Made by a program: the position numbers and the translations under genes. 64,000 bases of DNA from Auanema rhodensis (taxonomy: Eukaryota > Animalia > Nematoda). Each line of letters begins with the position of its first letter. Within the stretch, counting starts at the first letter, position 1. A model generated the notes under the pieces. It did not search any database, was not told the DNA's origin, and saw only the letters and a list, made by a program, of their open reading frames with translations. The stretch is taken from positions 5,332,001 to 5,396,000 of the forward strand of contig OZ059895.1 of NCBI GenBank assembly GCA_964057225.1. Reading direction: 5' to 3'. Of this stretch, positions 30,901 through 42,220 are shown in pieces.

Positions 30901-33900
30901 GGTGATTCTGATACTGATGATACATATGTTCCAACATATAAGCCATTAATTAAAGTTACTGGATATGGAACAACATCTTCACCGGTACAATTTGAAATAT
31001 TTTATTTGAATATTTTAATAATATTCTATTTAGGAAACATATAATCCATATGATACAACTGAATCATATATTCCAACTGAAAATACAATTTCTAAAGAAA
31101 CAACACGACCATCAGTATGTTATCTTTCTATTTCTATCTTTAATCAATTTTTAGGAACAAGAAACATTTACTACTCCACCTTCAAATAATGATGATAATT
31201 ATCACGAAAACTTTGAAACAACAACGGTTTATTTATATAATTATATATTTCAAATAATTTATTTTGTTTTTTTCAGGTTTCTGACACTGATTTTCCATTT
31301 ACACCAATTATGCCGAATGTATTTAATCCAATAGCATTAACAACTCTTCGTCCGGTAATAGTTCTTGAGTCAAAAGATTTAACTGAATTTCTTTTTCAGA
31401 AGAAAAATAAATACAATTTTCCAAAAGAATCAGAATCAACGGATGTTCCGCCAATTACTAATCCTGATGAACCTTCAATCACAGAAAATCCACCTTCAAA
31501 TACTGCGAGACCACGAGGTCCAGAATCAAACAATGAACAGCCGGGAGGAAGAAATCCATTCGGACCTGGGCCAAACCAGGAAAGTCCTGGAAGACCACAA
31601 CCTAAGGGACCAGGTTCAAACGAAGAGCAGCCTGGCGGAAGAAACCCCTCTGGACCTGGGCCTAACCGACACTCTCAAGGAGGTCCTGGACCAAATGAGA
31701 AATACCCAGAAGCACCGCAAACAGAAACACCAGGAAGAAATCCTTTTGGACCTGGTTCAAACGAAGAGCAGCCTGAGGGAAGAAACCCCTTTGGACCTGG
31801 ACCAAACCGGCAAACTCCTGAAGGAGGAAGACCAGGAGTACCGGGAAGAAATCCATTCGGACCTGGTCCAAATCAAGAAAGTCCTGAAAGACCACAACCT
31901 AAAGGGCCAGGTTCAAACGAAGAAAAGCCTGAGGGAAGAAACCCCTTCGGACCTGGACCAAACCGGCAAACTCCTCAAACTCCTGAAGGAGGAAGACCAC
32001 AATTACCCGGAAGGAATCCCTTTGGACCTGGACCAAATCAGGAAAGTCCTAGAGGAGGAAGACCAGGAGTACCAGGAAGAAATCCATTCGGACCTGGTCC
32101 AAATCAAGAAAATCCTGAAAGACCACAACCTAAGGGACCAGGTTCAAACGAAGAGCAGCCTGAGGGAAGAAACCCCTTTGGACCTGGACCTAACCGGCAA
32201 ACTCCTAAAACTCCTGAAGGAGGAAGACCACAATTACCCGGAAGGAATCCCTTTGGACCTGGACCAAATCAGGAAACTCCTGGAGGAGGAAGACCAGGAG
32301 TACCAGGATCAAACGAAGAACAGCCTGGGGGTAGAAATCCATTTGAACCTGGACCAAATGAGAAATACCCAGAAGCCCCGCAACCAGAAACACCAGGAAG
32401 AAATCCATTCGGACCTGGTCCAAATCAAGAAAATCCTGAAAGACCACAACCTAAGGGACCAGGTTCAAACGAAGAGCAGCCTGAGGGAAGAAACCCCTTT
32501 GGACCTGGACCAAACCGGCAAACTCCTCAAACTCCTGAAGAAGGAAGACCACAATTACCCGGAAGGAATCCCTTTGGACCTGGACCAAATCAGGAAAGTC
32601 CTAGAGGAGGAAGACCAGGAGTACCAGGAAGAAATCCATTCGGACCTGGTCCAAATCAAGAAAATCCTGAAAGACCACAACCTAAGGGACCAGGTTCAAA
32701 CGAAGAGCAGCCTGAGGGAAGAAACCCCTTTGGACCTGCACCTAACCGGCAAACTCCTCAAACTCCTGAAGGAGGAAGACCACAATTACCCGGAAGGAAT
32801 CCCTTTGGACCTGGACGAAATCAGGAAACTCCTGGAGGAGGAAGACCAGGAGTACCAGGATCAAACGAAGAACAGCCTGGGGGTAGAAATCCATTTGAAC
32901 CTGGACCAAATGAGAAATATCCAGAAGCCCCGCAACCAGAAACACCAGGAAGAAATCCATTCGGACCTGGTCCAAATCAAGAAAATCCTGAAAGACCACA
33001 ACCTAAGGGACCAGGTTCAAACGAAGAGCAGCCTGAGGGAAGAAACCCCTTTGGACCTGGACCAAACCGGCAAACTCCTCAAACTCCTGAAGGAGGAAGA
33101 CCACAATTACCCGGAAGGAATCCCTTTGGACCTGGACCAAATCAGGAAAGTCCTGGAGAAGGAAGACCAGGAGTACCGGGAAGAAATCCATTCGGACCTG
33201 GTCCAAATCAAGAAAGTCCTGAAAGACCACAACCTAAAGGACCAGGTTCAAACGAAGAGCAGCCTGAGGGAAGAAACCCCTTTGGACCTGGACCAAACCG
33301 GCAAACTCCTCAAACTCCTGAAGGAGGAAGACCACAATTACCCGGAAGGAATCCCTTTGGACCTGGTCCAAATCAGGAAAGTCCTGGAGAAGGAAGACCA
33401 GGAGTACCAGGAAGAAATCCAGTCGGACCTGGGCCAAATCAGAAAACGCCTGGAGGAGGAAGACCAGGAGTACCAGGATCAAACGAAGAACAGCCTGGGG
33501 GTAGAAATCCATTAGAACCTGGACCAAATGAGAAATACCCAGAAGCACCGCAACCAGAAACACCAGGAAGAAATCCATTAGGGCCTGGACCAAATCAGGA
33601 AAGTCCTGAAAGACCACAACCTAAGGGACCAGGTTCAAACGAAGAGCAGCCTGGGGGAAGAAACCCCTTTGGACCTGGGCCAAACCGGCAAACTCCTCAA
33701 ACTCCTGAAGGAGGAAGACCACAATTACCCGGAAGGAATCCCTTTGGACCTGGACCAAATCAAGAAAGTCCTGAAGAAGGAAGACCTGGAGTACCGGGAA
33801 GAAATCCATTCGGACCTGGTCCAAATCAAGAAAGTCCTGAAAGACCACAACCTAAAGGACCAGGTTCAAACGAAGAGCAGCCTGGGGGAAGAAACCCCTT

Positions 33901-36495
33901 TGGACCTGGGCCAAATCAGGAAAGTCCTAGAGGAGGAAGACCAGGAGTACCAGGAAGAAATCCATTCGGACCTGGCCCAAATCAAGAAAGTCCTGAAAGA
34001 CCACAACCTAAAGGACCAGGTTCAAACGAAGAACAGCCTGGTGGAAGAAACCCCTTTGGACCAGGACCTAACCGGCAAACTCCAGGAGGTCCAGGACCAA
34101 ATGAGAAATATCCCGAAGCACCGAAACCAGAAACACCAGGAAGAAATCCATTCGGACCTGGTCCAAATCAAGAAAGTCCTGAAAGACCACATCCAAAGGG
34201 ACCAGGTTCAAACGAAGAGCAGCCTGGTGGAAGAAACCCCTTTGGACCTGGACCTAACCGGCAAACTCCTGAAGGAGGAAAACCAGGAGTACCATTCGGA
34301 CCTGCGCCAAAACAAGAAAGTCATGAAACACCACAAGGAATGGTAAAATCTTTTTTTTTGTCATATAGATATTACAAATGTTAAGAAAACGTTGACTTCG
34401 AGATTGCCACCATCGCCACCGTCTATTTCCACAATTATTCCAAACCCAAAATTTGAAAATGAGGAAGCTTCAAGGTTAGTGTATATTGAATGACAAACTG
34501 TTCAAATCATGAGTATATACGTTGAAAAAATCCTATTTCAGTACCTTACTTCCTCCAAAAAATACAACAAATTACTACTCAGAGGTAATGTTTTTTGTTG
34601 TTATAAACATGAGTCAATACTTTATCAATTAATAAAATAAGCTTTTCTAGCAACAATTTGTTTTTAAAAACTTCATTTCATTTCAGTTAGATGTTACTGT
34701 TCCTCAAGCTTATGCAGTTTCCACGGGCATCCCACCATTAGTACCAAACAGAGTTCGAGGTATGATCTGCTTAGCTTTTACCTCTATAGTTGAGATCATG
34801 ACAAAACCAAAAAAACAACTCGTTTTCGTTTGACACACGTGATTTAGGAAAAATTCGTATCGTTTGTAAGGAAGATGGTTTGGAATTTGGTGCTACAACT
34901 ATTTTTCCATTTACTGGAGAAATATTTGCTAAAGATCGTAAAAGAATACACGCGTAAGTTTTAGTTTAATACGTTTAAGATGAAAAATATTCTTTAGATG
35001 TACAAAAAATTATACAAATGAGGAAAATCCCAGTATATTCCTTCCATTTGAAGAATGTGGCGTTCGAAATGCCGGGGAACAAACTCAACGTACTCAGTAT
35101 CACATGCAAGTCAGTTATCTTTTCATTTTTTTTAATTACGAAGCTGATATGATTACAACGTAGCATTTTTTTTTACGATTTCTGACTATACGTTTCGACG
35201 AAATTTTGAAAGATTATGATACCTTTTTAGGTTGTTGTTGTTGTTGATCAAATCGATGGATCATCATCTATTCAATCTTATATGGCTCAATGTGTTCATC
35301 AAAGAACTAATTCAAATAAACAAGCATTACCACGACGAATAGATGAAGCATTAGAAGAGTAGCCTCTTGTTATATTCTAATATATTTTAAATGTGTCATT
35401 AAAGACTGCGTCTTGTTCCTACTAAGCTTGAACAACAAGCTGTTGTGCCATCCGTTGATATGCAGGTATTGGTTGACAAAGGACATGATGGATTTGGACC
35501 AGAGGTTATAACATGCCATTGAATATGTGTTCATATATAATTCAGGTAGCTGAAGTAGATATTGGAATGCCACTTGCTATTCGCTGGAAACTAACACCAG
35601 CTTCCGGTTTGTTGGAAAATATTTTTGTTTCAAGATGAAACATTTCAAATTTAATCTTATTTGCAGGATCATATGGATTCCATGTTCGAAACTGTTTTGT
35701 AGAAGATAGTATTAGTGGGATGCAGATGATGTTGATTGATGAAGCAGGGTAAGGCTGACAGACATCTAAAGTAACAATAAGATATACAAAAACATTTGAC
35801 TTCAGATGTTCATCCGATGCAACCATATTGAGTCATCCACATTATGACATCATTCATGACACCGTAACCGCAAGACTTTGGGCATTCAAGGTGACATCAT
35901 CAAAAATAATTTTTTTTTTCTTCCGATTGATTCGATTTCATTATTTTATTATTTTACTACTTTCCTTTATGAATCATAGTTGTTAGCTCTTACAAAAAAA
36001 ACTTTAATATTTCATTTATAGGTACCCGACCAAACTAAATTGAAGATTCATTGTGATATTAGAATTTGCTCAGAAATTTCTTCACAAGGAAATTTCTCGA
36101 GTTGTGCACAAATTCCGACGGTATTAATCATTTAACCTACTACTTTCCTGATGATTACATTGCCTTTTTTAGCCTCCATTTTGTCCGGATGTGATAACTT
36201 CTCCACCTAATTCCATTATTTACGATGCGGACGGAGCATTCAGAAAACGGCGTCGTGATACTCTTGACATGGAAACACAATCTGTTCGAGCAGCTCTGTG
36301 TATGGGAGACAGTTGTGCACTTCCTGAGAAAGGTTTGATGGCCCGAATCAACTAGCTCTTTCAAACTGTATTTTAGCTGGACTTTTCTGTATGAATATTC
36401 ACTTGGTAATCGCTTCAACAGCTCTCTCAATATCCATTTTTGTCGGATCAGTAATCTTCAGTGTTGCCATGCATAAGAAACGCAGGAAAATGTAA
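27938..36495 (+). CDS. Large cuticlin-like ZP-domain apical extracellular matrix protein: signal peptide, S/T/P mucin-like region, Gly/Pro repeat exon, ZP domain, furin site, TM helix (possibly ROL-1-like; orthology unverified)
   Basis: Signal peptide MLTSCG...FILFIQNIYA. ZP exons from about 34848 include IVCKEDG, PFTGEIF, ECGVR, YGFHVRNCFV, LIDEAGCSSD, AFKVPDQ and HCDIRIC. RKRRR at 36242-36256, then a hydrophobic segment and HKKRRKM, stop at 36493-36495. Confidence 0.88.
31540..34300 (+). repeat. Coding minisatellite: about 35 GRNP(F)GPGPN-headed modules with a 552-bp higher-order period
   Basis: The landmark GTAGAAATCCATT recurs at 32331, 32883 (+552) and 33501 (+618, one extra 66-bp module). 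Confidence 0.95.
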
Positions 36496-36748
36496 TTTAT
36501 AAGCCACAATATCTTATACAGTAATAAGAACAGCTACTAACAATCATATACAATAATCTGCTTTAAACATTTATTGATAATAGGTAAAAATTATAATGAT
36601 GTCAATGTATAAAACATAGTAACTGATGAATAATATAAAGGTTAATTTATATGTATATGTGTTATGTTTATACATATACACATACATAGTTGTATACATG
36701 TAAATATATGTTAACAGTAATATATGTTAGCAGTAATATTAGCTATTG

Positions 36749-36832
36749 TGAGGTAGATAGAAAAGACTTTAGAGGTAGAGGATATTCCTGAGATATAATT
36801 TCCTGAGTGCATTAACATGCATTTTTCCTGAG
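36749..36832 (-). promoter_or_regulatory. Cluster of heterochronic miRNA target sites in the lin-28 3'UTR
   Basis: Minus-strand CTCAGGAA at 36825-36832, 36800-36807 and 36785-36792. let-7 seed matches CTACCTC at 36772-36778 and CTACCTCA at 36749-36756. Confidence 0.8.
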
Positions 36833-36894
36833 ATTACAAAGGTGAAACAATAATAACAAAATTACAATAAAAGTACAACATCGTATATAAATAG

Positions 36895-37644
36895 TCAAAC
36901 CTGAGGTTTCTGTTCAACATCTCTAATTGCAATTGATTCTAAATTTTTTGATATTAGACTAGACACTACGGATAATAATTTTTAATTACCTTCCTTTTCA
37001 ATTTTTTTAGGGCAAGCATAATAGAGGTGATCTTCTGATCCACATTTGTAACAACACTTTCCTGCATTTTCAAATTTTTTACATTTTTGCGCAAAATGAT
37101 TTCCAAACTGTCCACATTTAAAGCACCTACAAATACAATATTCCTAAGAAAAAAGCATAGAAGCTGAAAATACCTAATACGTTGGCTTTTCTTTTTCCCC
37201 ATGGGACGAATGCTACTTCCTCGTAATTCCTTACTTGGATCTTCAGGTCCTACCTATAGATGAAGAACATATAAAAACATTTTTAAATCAAAAACATACC
37301 TGGTATGCTTCCATTCCTTTCCCTTCCGCTCTAGGACGAACGAAGAAAGAAACACGTTCACCATCCTCAAGACTACGGAATCCACTCATATTGAGCTCAG
37401 ACTAAAAATGAACTTGTTTAACAATTCTGCAGACTTAAAAAGTGATTGATACCTGATGAACAAAAATATCTTCAACTAACTCATCAGCAATAATGAAACC
37501 AAACCCTTTAAGAACATTGAACCACTTGCATTTGCCAAGAAAACGACGCTGAAACTTCGTATTTTACTTATAAAGGTGTAAAAATGTTACCTCTTCAATG
37601 TCGGCAAGTTCAACTTCTTTCAGAGACTCACAACTGTCCGACAT
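36895..37644 (-). CDS. lin-28: LIN-28 cold-shock domain plus two CCHC zinc knuckle RNA-binding protein (multi-exon)
   Basis: GKCKWFNVLKGFGFI...DIFVHQ|SELNMSGFRSL...GKGMEA; knuckles CFKCGQFGNHFAQKC and CYKCGSEDHLYYAC. ATG at 37644 follows a TTTCAG site. Likely stop TGA at 36895-36897. Confidence 0.92.
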
Positions 37645-38865
37645 ATTGGAGCACTGAAACGTACAGAAATGACTATAGGCGCAAAGATAAAAAAAAAATA
37701 AAAGAGAGGCGGGCACATATAGGCATTGATATGTTGCTGATATCGATAGAAAAAAATAGTAATAATTATTTATCAATATACCGTAGTTACATTTGAAAAG
37801 TTGAGCTCAGACTAAAAAAAGGAAGGAAATGTACGATCTTAGCTTATTTAAAGTACATTCTTCATGTGATGCAGAGAAAAAGAATTTAATTATGCAAGCA
37901 GAGGGAAAATCAATAATGAAAAAACCCTTTGATTCGTCGATTAAAATTTTTTTTTCCAAAGTGCACGAAAAGTACAAAAGATAAAATAAACTAGAAATTG
38001 CTATTCAGCATAACCACAAGCTTGTGCTTCAGCAAATTAAGCTAGCGATAATGCTCGTTTTTTACAAGCGTAATTATTAGTATCTCGTTGGATAAAAAAG
38101 TAAGATACTGATTGTTTAAGCAAACAAATGTACTCAGATATGCTTATTCCAATTTATTTTTATGAATCATACACAAATTAACATGCTTCAACTTATAATT
38201 TTACTTCCAATTCATGTAAACAAAGATTGTTTTATTATATAGACACAATTTCAAACGCACTCACTGTTCTGTGCCTCCTTGGTATAAGATAACGAACAGG
38301 TTTAGATGAATTCTATTCAAGAAGTTCTCAAGCCACGTTTCTACGATTTCTGTTAGATTTTCCTAGTCATTTCTTCTTGTAGTGAATTCCTGGCTTACTT
38401 TTTGAAAATCTCATTAAAATATATGAACCTACCGTATCCCTAGATATACACATATAGTTTTTACTTGAACTCTTGATACTATTATGAATTAATTACTCAT
38501 GTTTTTTTATACAAACGTGGTCTGTTCAAACCCAATAATATTTATATATAAATATGTATTTATGTGTTTATGAGCTTTTACTGTTATATTGATTGTTACC
38601 AGTTTATCATTTATTATACCTGATTGACGTACATTAAATATTTTTAATCAATGAACAACTTAAATCTTATTTCGAGCATTGAGAAAGCCAATGTAAACAC
38701 TGTACTTTTTTCTAATAATCGCATAATATATAATAACTTTATACGATGTCGGATGACCTAGTGAACTATTATATGCTAAGATAATTTAGTGACCTCATAT
38801 TCGTTTTTTTTTTTTGAATGGATCATTTCAAAATCTTTATAGGTCTTCAACTTGTGCCAACATCT

Positions 38866-41198
38866 ATGGTTCGAAATGGAGGAGTAACATATCTGCAGCT
38901 GCTGGTAAGTGCGCCTACTTATGTATATAACCATTATTTACACTTATCGAGCAAGATCTATTGTTCGGTCTATATGAATTGCCGTTTGTTATACGTTTGT
39001 GACTTCACTTATCCGAATTCGTGAACAGTATGGATGACCTGATGTTGTTTAATACATCAGTTCCTCTCTCCATTACTTTTTTCTACCATATCGATGAAAA
39101 TTTCTCTATTCATTATGCCCATAGATACAGTGGCCAAAGGCTGGGAGAACAAGTTTTCAGTGCTGCAGTGAATCACTGCACATTTCTATCATTCTGTTTT
39201 GTCCCATTTCCATAAATGGATTCAAGTCAATGATGTGTTATTTTTTCAAAATTTAGATTTACTACCTTATATATTACTCATCGTGAAAGATATGCTGACA
39301 GACCCTTTATTGAATTTAACGCTTAATTCCTTCGCTTTTACTTCCTTCTCTCAAAGTATTTCAATCATATTATTTGTACAAATCAAAAGAAAGTGTTTTA
39401 AAAATACCTCACATCCTCTATATTTTTTATTTTAGGATTCCTTTCCAGCTTCTCGCCGGAATAGATTTCGGATGATTCGTCGAGTAGTACTTCTTTTCCT
39501 TTCTGTAGCTATAGTAACTGTTTTTGTTGTAGTTTCTCTGGCTGGTATGATTTTCAGAAAAGTATTTTTTTAAAATTTTGGTTATAGGCATAGATGATGA
39601 AATTGGTCATCTTGAAACTTCTCAGGCTTATTCAATGGTAGATAAAACATCTTTAAAATTTATTCTTATAGGCGATACTGGAGGTAGGTCAATTATATGA
39701 AATGTTTTCTCATATAGTTGAAACTAAATTAACAATTTTGGAGGAATGCCTGTAATACATACTACATTTGCTCAAGTCAAAGCTGCTGATGCCATGAGCA
39801 AATTATTGGATGATCGTGGTTTCGATTTTGTTATAAATACGGGAGATAATATATATTATACTGGCGCTGACGATGAGTTCGACGATAGGTTTCAAGTTGG
39901 TCTAGCGAATTCTGATAAGATTATAGTCAAGCTTATATTTCTAGACTTCTTTTGAACAACCATACTCTGCTATAGACGTACCTTGGTATATGATAGCAGG
40001 GAATCATGACCACTTTGGAAATATTTCAGCACAAATAGCTTATACTGCTCACAGTAAAAAATGGTAATGAACCCCTTTTGGATTACTTTATATGAAACGT
40101 TCAGGAAATATCCATCACTTTATTATAACGTTAGTAAACAAGCAGGAGATGGGGCTAGACTTGACATCATTATGCTAGATACTATTGTCTTATGTGGTAA
40201 CTCACGGGATATAGAATATGCTGGATTCTGGAAAATGGTTACATCTAAATCACATACTCCTGAAGTGAGTGGTAAATATGTATTTTTAAATACATCTTTA
40301 GCAGATTTTTCTATATATAACACCATATACATTATATGAAACCGCTCATCCGAATTTAAGCGATGATTTCAAATAATAACGATTCAAAGTTTTGTCTCAT
40401 GTAAACATATATTTAAGAGTTGTATTTATTATATTTTCGTGATTGGATTTGAAGTAATCTGAAATTTTTCAGAAACCTGTTAATGCTACTGCTGCTCAGG
40501 AACAATGGGAATGGCTTGAAACTGTTTTGAAACACAGCACGTAAGTGATGTTGTGCTAATTGAGCATGAACCCTTAGTACTTTTCAGAGCAGACTATATA
40601 TTTGTTGTGGGCCATTATCCGGTTTATTCGGTATCATCACATGGACCTACAAAGTGTATGATTGATAACGTGATCCCCTATTTGGCTAAATACAATGTAT
40701 CGGCATATATTTCTGGACATGATCATAGTTTACAAGTATGAAATTTTATTTTAAAATATGTTTTTATTATTTGGGTTTTCAGCATTTTACTTCATCTAAT
40801 CCTCTGTACCCAGAAGAGCAATTAAATTTTATTGTGACTGGAGCTGGTTCTCGAACAGATCCGTCAACCAAAAACTTAAAATCCATCCCAACCAATGTTA
40901 ATGTAAAATATAAGTAAGCTTTTTTTCCCTGAGATATGCTTATATTTTCTATTATAGTTTCCCAAAATCAGGTTGGATCATAAAGCAGTTAGGATTCAGT
41001 GATGCTGGTTTTATCTATACCACCATTAATTCTAAAACTGCTGAGTTCACTTTTATGGATAAAAAAGGTCGACACCTCTATAGTACACAGATACGACCAA
41101 GAACGAAAAGTACATTATCAGAAGCCCCTGATGGCTTAGCCACCACTCATTCAATGACTTCTCCCAATCCATTAAAAACGGAACTAATTATGAACTAG
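38866..41198 (+). CDS. ACP5: Tartrate-resistant (purple) acid phosphatase, ACP5-like metallophosphoesterase (multi-exon)
   Basis: Metal-ligand motifs GDTG, GDNIY, GNHD, VGHYP and GHDH in order; N-terminal hydrophobic segment [21 protein letters not shown]; stop TAG at 41196-41198. The first exon is less certain. Confidence 0.9.
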
Positions 41199-42220
41199 TC
41201 TAAATTTCAATTGTGATATTCATAATAATTGTTTTAATGATCTCATTGGAGGAACTATAAGGAATAAATTCTATAAGAACAATTTTGCAAATAAAAATAT
41301 ATATTATTTCTTGGGATAATAAAGAAAATAAATAAATATCTAAACTATTATTCACGATTGTTTTTGTTTAAAAATTTTTTTGTTATTCTTCATTTAATTT
41401 GCTAATTTTTTTCTTTTTTTTTTATAAATTGAGACAGCTGTAGCCAATGAATTAACAAGTGAAAAGAGAAAAAAGAAACCAAACAGAACGAAATAGATAG
41501 AGTGCAACAGCGGTGCTTCTTGGTTTCTTGTCCTTTTTTAACATATAAAGAAAAACTTCAGGTTTTTCGGATCATATAAATACAAAGATAAGATTTTGCC
41601 TGAAAACAATTATCGTTAGTTACCTAATTTAGATTTCATATTTTTGGTTTGGAATTTAGAATCAGATCACACCCAGTATTACGAAAACATAATCAGAATA
41701 ATAATTATTATCAATGTAAATATTTTAGGCATTCAAAACTTATTTCAAGGATTTCCCTGCATTTAGAATTGATGACTCAATCATGAATACTTTTTTTTCC
41801 GTGGAACTGAGAGTATTATAGTTCAATAACATTACCAAATCGTTGCCGTTTGAATACACCTATTCACTTTCACACAATGTCATCTGATATAGACAAACTT
41901 TGTTGAAACAGATAATCATTTCCTTCTTGATATCATTAACTTCGACGATCCTCATGTCTAGCGTCTTCGGTCCCACACAACTAACAGCTGCTGGATCATC
42001 CGCCCTCGTGGAACCAGCCTTGCCAAGACTCTCTGCCATCACCATGTCGTACTCCTGTTTCTCATCACGAATTTTAGCTTTCTTGTTTTCTTCTCATTCC
42101 ACACTACTGTTATCCTGGTTTCCCTGTGAAGCAAAGATATAAAGAGGAGGAGTGAGTTGTGGGGCTCGCAAGGCAATACGATACTGCTTCTCTTGCTGTC
42201 TGTTGGGGTGGCCGTCTACG

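Noticed and set aside
31662-33848. Repeated minus-strand ORFs (MVFQDFLDLDQV...)
   Set aside because: Antisense shadows of the coding minisatellite.
31540-34300. NPF motifs as EH-domain ligands, or RNPFG as amidated neuropeptides, or the repeat as collagen
   Set aside because: The region is predicted extracellular, lacks dibasic cleavage sites flanking the motifs, and has no continuous Gly-X-Y register.
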